Part shown: positions 49,930 to 60,109 of the stretch, piece by piece
Numbering within the stretch: position 1 is the stretch's first letter
How the letters are laid out: each line of letters begins with the position of its first letter
NCBI GenBank assembly: GCA_965206745.1
Contig: OZ242220.1
Coordinates: 1,664,001 to 1,728,000 of the forward strand
Source: Nitrosopumilus sp.
Lineage (GTDB): Archaea > Thermoproteota > Nitrososphaeria > Nitrososphaerales > Nitrosopumilaceae
Reading direction: 5' to 3'
Length of the DNA: 64,000 nucleotides
Position numbers and translations under genes: made by a program
Notes under the pieces: generated by a model
The model's database searches: none
What the model was told of the DNA's origin: nothing
Seen by the model: the letters and a program-made list of their open reading frames with translations, nothing else

Positions 49930-49957
49930 TTCCCAAGACACAGAATATTTCCACACA

Positions 49958-52543
49958 TCACAACTTGTATACTGTCACACCGCCGTTCTTGTTCCTTCTC
50001 ACGCCGAGACTGCGACGTTTAAGCTCCTCACAGATTTCATCGTACCCCTCAAAGTTCTCATCCTCTAACAATATCTTTAATGCCACGACATTAGAGTTTG
50101 CGTACTTGCCTGCAATGGTATCATCAGGTTTTGTATCATCAGGTTTTGTATCATCAGGTTTTGTATCATCAGGTTTTGTATCATCAGGTTTTGTATCATC
50201 AGGTTTTGTATCATCAGGTTTTGTATCATCAGGTTTTGTATCATCAGGTTTTGTATCATCAGGCTTTACATCAGATGTCTTTGCATAAGCAGACTTTGCA
50301 ACCACATCAAAAGGCCTCCCCTCCAAGGTCCCGTCCTCCCTCACAATGGATCCCAGGCATGCCAGCACCTGGGAGGCAGTAAGGCTTGGCCGGTCTACAA
50401 TCCCCTGCAGCGATGCATGCCCCACATCAGTATTCAAACCATCGATACTGCCAGAAGACTCTGACACATTGCAGAACCGCTTATCGTTTTGGATATCTAT
50501 GCTCTTTGGATCAACTACTATCAAGTCGTATGACTCGGCAGCAATGTTCTTCTCTGCCAGTGCATCAATGATGTACTGCTTGTGCTTTTGTGAGAACACC
50601 ACAAACCACACCCTCATGTCCCGCGAGGCGCTCTTTTCATAGTTGATTATTATCTGCCCCCGGTGCTTCATCGGATCGGTCTCCACCTCGACTGCAGTAA
50701 CATTCTCAGACCACAGTACGGGATTGACCATCTGCTGTTTTGTGACACCCTTGTCATCAAGGGGCTGGAACTCGTATACAAGCAGGTCTGCCCTCGGCCC
50801 GTAGGTGTCAGCCAGGTCGGGGATGCAGTAGTGGAACTGTGCAGTGTTCCTGTCTGCAATGGCAGAGATGACCCCAGTGTGCAATTCACTGCCTGCACTG
50901 GCACCGGCATACGCACGAGAGTAGATGAGGTTTATTGCCTTCTTTGTGATTGCAAATGACGCACTGGTGTCATACTGGTGCCAGCCCTCGCGATAGTCGA
51001 TGCTCCTCACCACAAACTTGTAGTGTGACAGCAGAGAATTGATCAGCGCCCGGACCACCTCCCTCTCATCTACTCCAAACTTTGCAATTCCTGCAGCTAC
51101 AAGTTCGCCGTGGTTGATCTCCCGCTTTTCCAGATATAACATGTTTAGCAAAAAGTACTCAAGCGGAGAAAGTTTTGGCATCATTGAGGACTTTACTGAC
51201 GAGAAAGAGTCGGCATGGACTGCCTTGCCGTACCTCTGCAGGCTCTTTCTTGCAACCTCCTCCCACCTCGAGGGCGTCTTGATGTACCGCGTCATGCCGA
51301 TTCCAGATATTCTCTCAACTCCCTGCGAGAAGGCGGCAAACCTGTGAAACCCGAGGTGCGCAAGCTGTCTCTCATCAAGCGGCAGGTTCCGTGCAAGCAG
51401 CCGCGCAGTGTCAAAGTCGCACCGGAACATCACCATGCAGCGAAATAAATCGTCAAGCTCCCTTGCAAGATCATCATCAAGTACTTTAACTGACTGGGTG
51501 GCAACTGTCACCTTCATGTTGTACTTTCTGACGCTGTTTAGCAGCTCACGGATGACGGGTGCTGAGAACATGTGTACCTCGTCGATGTATATGTTAAATG
51601 GGGTCCTCTCAGAGTCGCCAAGGTCAAAGCGGATCTTGTTCTCCAGGTTGAACATGTTGATAAGCAGCGTGCCGACAAACTCTATAATGTCAGTGGTTGC
51701 AGCAGAGCCGAGGTCAACTATTACAATCTTTCCCCCCTCGATTGCATCCCTAATTGATACTGTAGATTCGGCAGAGGAGAAGAGGGCAGCAATTGGGGGC
51801 GTGTTGATTATCTTGTCAAACTTGTTGTATATTGCGCCTGCAGCTTCTGGTGCAAACCTTGGAAACACGTTTGTCCAGAAGTTCCTCACAGTCGGAAGCG
51901 GGCACTTTTGCAGCGCGCGGTTCCTTGCGTTGACATCAAAGAGGACGGAGATTATATCGAGGAACCTAAAGGTCTCAGGGGTCGACATTACCAGGTTTAT
52001 CATGTTGCGCAGGATTGTCTCCAGCCTGTGGCCCCAGCCGTCTGTAAAGTACTGCTTGAGGTTGTCGATGCATCCTGCAGTCCTGATGTACTTTTCGTGC
52101 TCAGTCCTAGTCTGCAGTGGGTTGATGCAGACAGTCCTCTCAAACTGGTATATCGATGCAAGCGATATGTAGACTACCTTATCCTGCATGTCCTCTGGGA
52201 TCATCGAGAGGACCTCCCTGCTAAAGTCCCTGTGGGGATCAATTAGCAGAAATCCCGTCTTGCGGATTATATCCTGCATTATGAGCATCCGCATCACAGA
52301 GGTCTTGCCTGAACCAATCTCGCCAAATATTCCAATGTTCTGGCGGTCATCCTCTGGAATCACAAATGTCTGGCTGCCTGTCTCCTCGATATACCCAAGG
52401 GCTGTCATCTGCCTGCCTGCGTGCTTTGGAGTGTCAGATAGAAAAGATTCAGAGTCCTGCGGTCTATGATATCTGGCAAGCAGCACATAACACACTGCTG
52501 CCAGGCAGACTCCAATGTACAGCAGTACATCCCACGGACTCAA
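49958..52543 (-). CDS. VirD4/TraD (TrwB)-like coupling ATPase with C-terminal wHTH, PD-(D/E)xK-like region and DTKPD repeats
   Basis: N-terminal TM; Walker A GEIGSGKT, LLIDPH, YIDEVH, VATQS; later RADLLV...AVEVET. Confidence 0.8.
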   Translation of the reverse strand: MSPWDVLLYIGVCLAAVCYVLLARYHRPQDSESFLSDTPKHAGRQMTALGYIEETGSQTFVIPEDDRQNIGIFGEIGSGKTSVMRMLIMQDIIRKTGFLLIDPHRDFSREVLSMIPEDMQDKVVYISLASIYQFERTVCINPLQTRTEHEKYIRTAGCIDNLKQYFTDGWGHRLETILRNMINLVMSTPETFRFLDIISVLFDVNARNRALQKCPLPTVRNFWTNVFPRFAPEAAGAIYNKFDKIINTPPIAALFSSAESTVSIRDAIEGGKIVIVDLGSAATTDIIEFVGTLLINMFNLENKIRFDLGDSERTPFNIYIDEVHMFSAPVIRELLNSVRKYNMKVTVATQSVKVLDDDLARELDDLFRCMVMFRCDFDTARLLARNLPLDERQLAHLGFHRFAAFSQGVERISGIGMTRYIKTPSRWEEVARKSLQRYGKAVHADSFSSVKSSMMPKLSPLEYFLLNMLYLEKREINHGELVAAGIAKFGVDEREVVRALINSLLSHYKFVVRSIDYREGWHQYDTSASFAITKKAINLIYSRAYAGASAGSELHTGVISAIADRNTAQFHYCIPDLADTYGPRADLLVYEFQPLDDKGVTKQQMVNPVLWSENVTAVEVETDPMKHRGQIIINYEKSASRDMRVWFVVFSQKHKQYIIDALAEKNIAAESYDLIVVDPKSIDIQNDKRFCNVSESSGSIDGLNTDVGHASLQGIVDRPSLTASQVLACLGSIVREDGTLEGRPFDVVAKSAYAKTSDVKPDDTKPDDTKPDDTKPDDTKPDDTKPDDTKPDDTKPDDTKPDDTKPDDTIAGKYANSNVVALKILLEDENFEGYDEICEELKRRSLGVRRNKNGGVTVYKL
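50118..50270 (-). repeat. 15-bp tandem repeat x10 (DTKPD)
   Basis: gtatcatcaggtttt repeated. Confidence 0.95.
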
Positions 52544-52983
52544 AACGTCGACTCTATCTCCACGATATCTGCATCATGCTTTTTTAATATCTCAAAGGCA
52601 GAGTCGGTAATCCGGATGTACCGGCACGAGCATTTTTCTGCAAGGTTGAGCTTTTTCAGGCTTGTCATGCACATTGACATGTAGTTGCTTGACTTTTTTG
52701 TAAACAGAAACAGAAAGAGGTCCTGTGATGCAGGCATGTGGTTGCTTGCAGACTGCATGCACTTGTGGCAGTACAATATTGCAAGTATCTTAAATGACAG
52801 AATGGGGATGCCAAGCATATCAGAGTAGATGAGCATCTTTCCCTTTACGGTAAGCGAGCAGTCAGCACGTATGAATCCCAGCCGCTTTAGCTGCTTCTTC
52901 TGCTGGTAGTGGCATGCCTCCCCCCGATGTAGCATTTGCAGTGCCATAAAGTTCATCGAATTGTCCCGGGAGCGGTTAGCCAT
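52540..52983 (-). CDS. Putative winged-helix protein
   Basis: Start MANRS overlaps the upstream stop; LKRLGFI…LTVKG and LKKLNL…YIRIT wHTH-like motifs. Confidence 0.55.
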   Translation of the reverse strand: MANRSRDNSMNFMALQMLHRGEACHYQQKKQLKRLGFIRADCSLTVKGKMLIYSDMLGIPILSFKILAILYCHKCMQSASNHMPASQDLFLFLFTKKSSNYMSMCMTSLKKLNLAEKCSCRYIRITDSAFEILKKHDADIVEIESTF

Positions 52984-53794
52984 CTGCACCACCAAACATC
53001 TCTGAGAAAAAGCCGGCAGGGTCCTCCATGGTGCCGCGTACATTTGAGAATGTCTTTTCAGCTCCGGACTCCATGGCGAGGCCAAACATGGAATGCGGCA
53101 GCGAGAGTATTGATGCCAGTTCCACTATGGAGAGTACCGGTGTCCTGGTGCTGCCAAGCCAGGGCAGTCTGGGAAGGCAGTCAAGTGCAAGCTTTCTCCC
53201 GTACTTTGGAACCAGCCCGTTGGGCTCTGAGAGTCTGTTTGTAAAGTTTATGCTGGAGAGAAGCGACGGGGCATCCTCCTTGTTGCAGGCAAAGAAGACA
53301 TTAGATACGAAAAAAGAGTTCTGCTCTAGCTTCCACTCTACTGGCTTGCTCATATCTGCCTGCGGGGCAGTCTTGTTGTAGATCCTCTCAAGGAACGACT
53401 TTGCCCTCTTTCGTATGATCCTCGGATCAATCCTCCTTCCAATTATACCAAACGTAAAGTCAGAGAGCAGCGATGACTGCTCGTATATCTTGCAGGTCTG
53501 CGGCGTGACGCACAGCGGGTGTATGTGGTCGTTTCGCAGTCTCATGGGGATGACGCGCGACGGCATGCCCATATCATCACATACAGCAGAGGTAACATCA
53601 GGCAGCCCGGTGATGTGGTGTGATTCTGACTCTGCAGCACCTAGGTAGAGTGACAGCGCAGAGTCCCTCTTTGAGAGGATGATTCCGACTGAATCCAGCG
53701 AGGAGAGCAGCGAGATGAATTTTTCGGACTCTTCATCCTCAAAGTCGGGCCTCGGTCTTGACTCGTGCCAGATCATCTCAACACCTGATAACAC
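52976..53794 (-). CDS. Hypothetical protein, possibly a TraD-associated domain
   Basis: Operonic. PVLSIVELASILSLP resembles a motif I recall upstream of TraD-like ATPase domains (unverified). Confidence 0.6.
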   Translation of the reverse strand: MLSGVEMIWHESRPRPDFEDEESEKFISLLSSLDSVGIILSKRDSALSLYLGAAESESHHITGLPDVTSAVCDDMGMPSRVIPMRLRNDHIHPLCVTPQTCKIYEQSSLLSDFTFGIIGRRIDPRIIRKRAKSFLERIYNKTAPQADMSKPVEWKLEQNSFFVSNVFFACNKEDAPSLLSSINFTNRLSEPNGLVPKYGRKLALDCLPRLPWLGSTRTPVLSIVELASILSLPHSMFGLAMESGAEKTFSNVRGTMEDPAGFFSEMFGGADG

Positions 53795-54439
53795 TCAGAG
53801 TATCACGTGCTGATAGAACAGCAGCATGACGGTGATTAATGACGCATACACGTAGGTGAGAATCGGAATCGAGGGAATCACATACTTGCACTGGCGGGAA
53901 TGGTCCATCCTCTTTCCCCTCATGCCCGAGTTAATATCAAAGACAAGCGTGTTCTCATCTGCCAGTACGGCAGGATACGCAAACCTGTCAAGTATCCCCC
54001 TTTTCTTGCACGATATCATTGCAAGTACCTTCATCATTCCAGATGAGTTGACATCGGGGAACGGATCACGCCGCAGATTTGTAGCAAGGCAGACAGTCAG
54101 GTGGTTGAGTACGGATACTGCAAATCCCAAGAGTACAGATAGCACTGCAAGGTGGATTCCAAACGGAAGCAGAAATGCAAAGCACGCAGAGGTGCACAGC
54201 CAGTCAGATATCTTGAAGAGTCCGCCTGCCCTTGCAACCCCGAGCATTGCAGTTACGGTACATGCAAATCCGAGCATGCCAAGTTCATCAGATGTATAGA
54301 GATGAATTACAGACAATACCCCAAGCAGTAACACAAGATAGTTTTGGATTTTACGGTATCGCAGTTCCTGGTATGACACCATACCAAAGACGGCAAGAAA
54401 CGGTACCAGTAAAATTACAGAGGATAGTATTTCAGGCAA
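53795..54439 (-). CDS. Prepilin peptidase A24-like membrane protein (divergent)
   Basis: SYQELRYRKIQN (cf. DLKxRxIPN), GLFKISDW (cf. GGGD), C-terminal IPILTYV. Confidence 0.6.
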   Translation of the reverse strand: MPEILSSVILLVPFLAVFGMVSYQELRYRKIQNYLVLLLGVLSVIHLYTSDELGMLGFACTVTAMLGVARAGGLFKISDWLCTSACFAFLLPFGIHLAVLSVLLGFAVSVLNHLTVCLATNLRRDPFPDVNSSGMMKVLAMISCKKRGILDRFAYPAVLADENTLVFDINSGMRGKRMDHSRQCKYVIPSIPILTYVYASLITVMLLFYQHVIL

Positions 54440-54444
54440 CAGTA

Positions 54445-55365
54445 CTATTGTACGGGTTTCTTGTCGAGTCGCACCAGAAGGAAGGGACCGTCAATTTTCA
54501 GATCCTCCAACTCTGCAACGTCCTCGTGCTTTGAGAAATGCAGCGCATCATCCCTGGTCAGTGCCCCGAGGAACTTGGCATACTTTGGCGGAACAGAATG
54601 TGCCGCATTTCCGAACCTGTCCCTTACGACAAGGCATCCGTCCTCCTCCTCGAATCGGCATATCTGGTCATTAATCACCCCGTATGACGTGCCGCACTTG
54701 ATGCAATCAAAGCTCGGCGTCCCCTTTGAGACTGACCCGCGCGTCTTGGGCTTGGGCTTTTTGACCCCCAGTAATAGCTTGAAGAGGTGCATGTCAGGCC
54801 AGGTGAAATATTTCTGCTTTAGTTCCTCGCACAGATAGCGCGTCTTCACTATTGCCTGCCTCTGGACATCCCCGTCAAGCTTTGATAGGGAGGTAAAAAA
54901 CGACAGCGGAGGCCCTATCCTTATGCCCATCTCAAAGATGGAATCAATTAGCTCTGCAAGAAGCAGTTCAGTCGCCGAGTCAAACTCTGTCTCCAGCACG
55001 CGCTCAAGGTAGGGATTCATCCTCAGTTCCTGCGCTTTAGGCGAGATGTGACGCAGCGCCATCTTTGCGCGCATGGGGTTGGCCATCGGCTTGGATATTG
55101 AGAGCTGCAGGTGCGTCAGGACGGGGTCCTTTCTGCCCAGGTGAACTGCGTTGATTCTTGGAATCTTTGCAATCCTTGCGGCATCCAGTACCTCGATGTT
55201 GTCCACCGCTACAAAGCCCCCCTCGCCGCTTACTACCGTAACATGGTACTGGGTGAAGGTCTTTGCCATCTTTGATGCAATGTGGTCAATCTCATATCGG
55301 GGAGTGACAGAGACCATCACCTTTGGCCTGCTTACAAGCAGGGTGTCAACCTTTAGCAGCTTCAA
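54445..55365 (-). CDS. Degenerate ParB-like N-terminal domain protein with Zn ribbon
   Basis: TTG start overlapping the upstream stop; FVAVDN..VL.AAR…I.RINA is ParB-like; FDCIKCG. Confidence 0.45.
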   Translation of the reverse strand: MKLLKVDTLLVSRPKVMVSVTPRYEIDHIASKMAKTFTQYHVTVVSGEGGFVAVDNIEVLDAARIAKIPRINAVHLGRKDPVLTHLQLSISKPMANPMRAKMALRHISPKAQELRMNPYLERVLETEFDSATELLLAELIDSIFEMGIRIGPPLSFFTSLSKLDGDVQRQAIVKTRYLCEELKQKYFTWPDMHLFKLLLGVKKPKPKTRGSVSKGTPSFDCIKCGTSYGVINDQICRFEEEDGCLVVRDRFGNAAHSVPPKYAKFLGALTRDDALHFSKHEDVAELEDLKIDGPFLLVRLDKKPVQ

Positions 55366-56021
55366 CTGGCATCGACTCCGATGTACTCTATGATGTCGAC
55401 TGCAGTCTTTACAGAATCGCACTTGGATGAGAGTCTAAGTGCTGCCCTTCTCCAGGCCTCCGAGTTGATCCTCTTGAGGTTCGAATCATCTGTGGGTTTT
55501 GTACTTGCAAGGTGTATCTTTTTTGCAGAGTCAAGCAGCACTGACTCTGCGACAAATATTGCATTCTTTGGCTTGATTGGTCGTTTCAGTGAGAAGGACT
55601 TTTGGATTGCAAGTATGATGGTGTCGTTGTCAGTACTGATGTCATTCTCCCTGCATGTCTGCCATACGCTAAAGAATGCAACGATTGCAATCGGGGTCTT
55701 TTTTGTACTGCGTATGGCATGGAACAGGTAGATTGCGCGCCTTGTAAGGTTGCGGTTAATCGAGAGTGCGGCGCAGCAGTCAAAGAGCTTCTTCTCGTAC
55801 GGGTTCCTCCTTGACTCAAGTATGTTCCTGTACCTTCTCGAACGCAGTATGGATCGCGGGGATATGTCTGCGCTGCCTACCCTTGACTCGTCGCACGGTA
55901 TCACCTTGCTCTTTGTGGGGACGGGATCAGGCTCTATGATCTGATCGTGTATCACGCCGCATCCGGAGCAGACGAGATCAATGCCGGCATGAACCAGTCT
56001 CTTGTTTGAACAGCAGTCCAT
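55362..56021 (-). CDS. TFB/TFIIB-like protein (Zn ribbon plus one cyclin-like repeat)
   Basis: MDCC…DLVCSGCGVI Zn ribbon, VGSA linker, CCAALSIN..LTRRAIYLF…AFFSVWQTCRE cyclin-like region. Confidence 0.65.
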   Translation of the reverse strand: MDCCSNKRLVHAGIDLVCSGCGVIHDQIIEPDPVPTKSKVIPCDESRVGSADISPRSILRSRRYRNILESRRNPYEKKLFDCCAALSINRNLTRRAIYLFHAIRSTKKTPIAIVAFFSVWQTCRENDISTDNDTIILAIQKSFSLKRPIKPKNAIFVAESVLLDSAKKIHLASTKPTDDSNLKRINSEAWRRAALRLSSKCDSVKTAVDIIEYIGVDAS

Positions 56022-56025
56022 GTCT

Positions 56026-56565
56026 TTACCGTAGTTGGGATCCCCTGATGTCAGCAGAGTCGTTTGCAGGTATTGACATACGGCAAACAATGCTTGCAGG
56101 TCTAGAAGGGAGGGCATTGCTTTGAGCCATCACGCAGATGTACCCAAGGCCATGCGTGCCTGCTGCAGCATTAATGATTCCACCACATGTGTTACTTGCC
56201 CGCAGGTACGCACAAAGTCCTGCCAGTGTACAGATAACGGTACCAAGGATGCAGTGCTGGATGGCCAGGCTCTCTGTGCCAACAGTACTTTGACGACACT
56301 GCATGAGACAATTAGCAAGATGTGTAAAATTCAGGACAGTCTTGTACAAGTCATATTTTGTGCTTGGGACATACGCGCTTGCAGATAAATCGGATTCTGT
56401 CTTGCAGTCTAGGAGGGATCGGCATGCTGCAAGGTATACGGCAGTCTCTGCCCTGGAACAGTCTTTCCTTGTCAAAAGAAAAGGAGGTGTGGATTTTGCA
56501 GACTCCTCTGATGTACCTGTACATCGACGTGTGAGATTTGGATTCCACATAAAGTTAGCTTGCAT
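56026..56565 (-). CDS. Hypothetical protein
   Basis: Start MQANF overlaps the RHH gene stop; operon-like packing. Confidence 0.45.
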   Translation of the reverse strand: MQANFMWNPNLTRRCTGTSEESAKSTPPFLLTRKDCSRAETAVYLAACRSLLDCKTESDLSASAYVPSTKYDLYKTVLNFTHLANCLMQCRQSTVGTESLAIQHCILGTVICTLAGLCAYLRASNTCGGIINAAAGTHGLGYICVMAQSNALPSRPASIVCRMSIPANDSADIRGSQLR

Positions 56566-56725
56566 TGATTGCTGCCTCCCTTTGTAGATTCCTGTTGGCG
56601 TACTCACGATCAATTAGTCGATGCAGGTATCTTGTGGCAGACCTGTCGTCAAAATCAGCTAGTTCGTGCAGTTTCTGCAGGTGTTCTTTGTCCAGTGATG
56701 CGGTTGTCAATTCTTGAACATCCAT
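56555..56725 (-). CDS. 56-aa ribbon-helix-helix (CopG-like) regulator
   Basis: MDVQELTTASLDKEHLQKLHELADFDDRSATRYLHRLIDREY...; first gene of the operon. Confidence 0.65.
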   Translation of the reverse strand: MDVQELTTASLDKEHLQKLHELADFDDRSATRYLHRLIDREYANRNLQREAAINAS

Positions 56726-57894
56726 GCACTAGTATACGGCGTTCAGAGTTATATTATTTCTCAAGTATATTTCTAAACCAAAAGTCAAAAGAAGCTAATA
56801 CATGAATAACTCATGAGGATTCATGGATCCCGTGAAAAACATCATTCACAGTTGATATCAGGGGAGATGCACATGCAAGTATCGCAGGATTCAAGCAAGA
56901 AGACACTGGTACAAGTTTGTAATGTCATGTATAGGTAGACTAGAGATATAGATTCTCTAAAAAGAATTGCACTGAAGCTGAGGATGACGATGTTTTGTGA
57001 TGATACATTTGCAGGGAACAGGATTCATCAAAGTTACAATACGGAGGCTTTGGTGTCATTGATGGAAAAACAACTGCAAGCATGTGTCCGGTGCTGCTCT
57101 TCTAGTTTACAAAATTAAAAAACAATGCAGAGAGGATTTGATCCGGGAATCAACGACGGTCTTGCAGATGCAGAAAACTTCAAGAGCGCATCACTTGACT
57201 CAACGATACAGTAGGATCCGAATTCAAGTATGGATGGTTTTGTATTTTAGTGGTTTGCTGCATGACATGCCTAGACCACAGAGAGATCAAACGAGTTATC
57301 ATGCCGAAAATTTGAATCATGCAACAAAGCATTTTTTGAATTTTTCCGCTCAGGATTCTCAAGATCTAGGCACAAAGATGGCGATTTTAAATGATTCTTG
57401 ATAATGTGGAATTAGCATAAAGGTTACAAGAAAGATATACAAAAGATAATTAGCAAGTCAGGATTAAAGATAGTTAAAAGAGAATGAAATAGAATTGGTA
57501 GAAGAACAATAATGGAAAAACTGCAATACCTCAAGATTGAAATGAAGTCCATGAAATACAGGCCACGAACAAAAGACGATGTCTGTGCATAACTCAATAA
57601 TTGGGGAGATGGCAGGGCATCAGAACTGTTTGATTATGCAGTGGAGAATGGATACTTGGAGAAAGACTATGAGCACAAGGTGTTTGGAATATTTTGGAAG
57701 GCTACTGACAAACTTAAAGGTGCAGAATTTGAAGATTCTCCGACAAATCTGTAAATCACACAGTCAATCAACTAACTCAATCTAATCATAAATTAATTTC
57801 ATGTTCGTTTGCATGTAAATGATCCTTGCAGACAGAAAAACATTTCCAAAAATCCCTCATTTTGTTTCTTTAAATCAATCTACAGCAGAATCCA

Positions 57895-58008
57895 CAGAAC
57901 AGGTCATACTGTTACATCTTGTACAGGTTTTGCAGAACAGATTGTACTGTTATGTCTTGGATATGTTTTGCAGAACAGATTGTACTGTTATGTCTTGGAT
58001 ATGTTTTG
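57895..58008. repeat. 38-bp tandem repeat (two exact copies plus one degenerate)
   Basis: cagaacagattgtactgttatgtcttggatatgttttg. Confidence 0.85.
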
Positions 58009-58109
58009 CTACAAACATTAAACAGGTTTGGCCAAAGTTTTGAATCCAGTTTCAAAGTGTCAGATGTCACTCTAGCTTGTGCATGAATGTCTGTCAAGGA
58101 AAAAACATC

Positions 58110-59105
58110 TTACTCTGCCAAAGTTTGTTCACGCAGTTGGCCTATTGGTTTTGACTTCCAGAGTATCGGTGACTCTGCAACACCATCATCTCTGAGAATG
58201 TAACTGTATGGAACGCCCCCATGTACTGAGAGGGTGCCATCGTCTTGTGCAGACAGGTAGACAAACACGTCATCGCCGACCTTCCAGTCAAATCCCTTGT
58301 ACTCTGATATGACGCTGTCAGATTCATCATCGCGCGTAAATGTTAGCGTCTCTGCAGGCGTACCCTTGTAGATCCTGCCTACATCAAGCGTCCAGTCTGT
58401 GGCAGCAGAGGCAAAATCAGGGTATTTTGGATCCCTGACGGCTTTGCCGGGCACTGCCCTTACCAGCTCACCTTCCACGATGTATGCTGCACTGGCAGCT
58501 ATCTCATCTTCTGACACAGATGATATTCGCAGGGAACCGGCGTGTATCTTCTCGTCATACACCTTGTCATTTGCCGATGATCGTAATTGTCCTACTAGTT
58601 TTGAGTTCCAGGGCACATATGACTCGGCAATACCGTAATCCCTGAGGACGTAGCTGTATGGAACTCCTGCATATACTGAGTGGGTGCCATCGTCCTCTGT
58701 GGACAAGTAGACAAACACGTTGTCTCCTATTTCCCAATCAAGTCCCTCGTACTCCGTTACTGCTCTGTCAGTCTCACCGCCACTGCGCATAAACGTTAGC
58801 GTCTCTGCAGGTGCGCCCTTGTAGATATGATCCACATCAAGTGTCCAATCTGTAACAGCAGAGACAAACTCAGGATAGTTGGGACGATCAACGATTTCTC
58901 TAGATACTGCTTTTATCAGCTCACCTTCCACGATGTATGCTGCAGTGGCAGCTATGTTCTCCTCAGAACCACCGGCATATATTGATGAAGTAGTGGTATA
59001 GATTCTGTCATCATGCACCTCGTCATTGGCATATGATGATATCAACAGTGCAGACGGAATGATTGCAGCTAGTGCCACCAACGGAATAATTATCTCCCTA
59101 TTCAT
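58110..59105 (-). CDS. Membrane-anchored/secreted protein with two homologous domains
   Basis: N-terminal hydrophobic segment; AAYIVEGEL…TDWTLDV..IYKG.PAETLTF…GD.VFVYLS..DDGT occurs twice. Confidence 0.85.
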   Translation of the reverse strand: MNREIIIPLVALAAIIPSALLISSYANDEVHDDRIYTTTSSIYAGGSEENIAATAAYIVEGELIKAVSREIVDRPNYPEFVSAVTDWTLDVDHIYKGAPAETLTFMRSGGETDRAVTEYEGLDWEIGDNVFVYLSTEDDGTHSVYAGVPYSYVLRDYGIAESYVPWNSKLVGQLRSSANDKVYDEKIHAGSLRISSVSEDEIAASAAYIVEGELVRAVPGKAVRDPKYPDFASAATDWTLDVGRIYKGTPAETLTFTRDDESDSVISEYKGFDWKVGDDVFVYLSAQDDGTLSVHGGVPYSYILRDDGVAESPILWKSKPIGQLREQTLAE

Positions 59106-59623
59106 GACAGATGCCCTGCCTCCATGTCATGTGGTGTTCGCACTTGTTCTCCAAAGTCCGTGCCGTCAGCCATGACAGGATTGCACCATTCATTACTGAC
59201 ACCTTGTGTATGGTTTGATGGTTGCAATACTGGCTGCATCTCAAAACATGTTATTTGCGATCTGGGATCTGCAGAGTCTGCAAGACAGAAACCAGGATCA
59301 CGCGTAATGGCTGATCCTGCAACACCACTGCATGCCTCAGATATTTCTCGAACTGCATCACATGGCGTGGCATTATACATAGAATTACTCAAATTAGCAC
59401 GCCTGAATGCACCGGCATTCAAAGTTTCAAAGTCCCCATGCAAAAGATCGGCTACTTTGAGCATCATGGTTAAAGGGATGGATGCAGAGGGCATCCTTGA
59501 GTCATTCTTCGTCATTGGCAATATCATGCTGCAGAGATTAAAAGGAGTTGTGTACAATTTACAGTTGTAACTTGTCCACAATGAATTTAAGCAACATTGA
59601 AGATTTTGTAACGTGAAGATACA

Positions 59624-60109
59624 TTGACTGAAGATTCCAGAGCATTTGCAGACATGCTAATTGACCACATGATGTCCAGAAAAAAGCATCACTACATCCA
59701 GGTGGTATCGGCACTAATCCTGTTTGTACTGACTTTCACATTTGTGGTGTTTCTGCTCACGCCGATACCCATATGGTGGGATCCGTTGTTTGACTTGAAG
59801 GATGATCAGAATTGGAGTCTGACTGAAAGGGTGGCCCCGTCGGAGACCACTGTGGCAAATTCCACTGTGACAAATTCCACTGCGGCAACTGGTTCTGCAG
59901 AGTATCCAGATGGTGACCCCAATGAATCAATGCAGTATGACGTGACAATCTATGTGTGGCTGCTTGTCCTGGCACCCTTTATGGTTGCAGCATATCTGCT
60001 GTATCTGGGCGTATCAGGGGTATTGTTTTACAAGAGATGGGATGAGAAATACCAGAAATACCTTGAAAAGACAAAATCCTTAGGGGCTGAACTTGACGAT
60101 GTCCTATAA
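59624..60109 (+). CDS. Two-TM membrane protein
   Basis: Two TM segments around a S/T-rich loop. Confidence 0.65.
   Translation: MTEDSRAFADMLIDHMMSRKKHHYIQVVSALILFVLTFTFVVFLLTPIPIWWDPLFDLKDDQNWSLTERVAPSETTVANSTVTNSTAATGSAEYPDGDPNESMQYDVTIYVWLLVLAPFMVAAYLLYLGVSGVLFYKRWDEKYQKYLEKTKSLGAELDDVL

Noticed and set aside
49105-50382. Repetitive ORFs such as (MIQNL)n, (YHQVL)n and (LAWGSRRRGVC)n
   Set aside because: These are alternative-frame shadows of the 42-bp and 15-bp tandem repeats within real genes.
59102-59581. Overlapping 159-aa and 148-aa ORFs on opposite strands
   Set aside because: No recognisable motifs and cannot choose between them; possibly decayed or non-coding.
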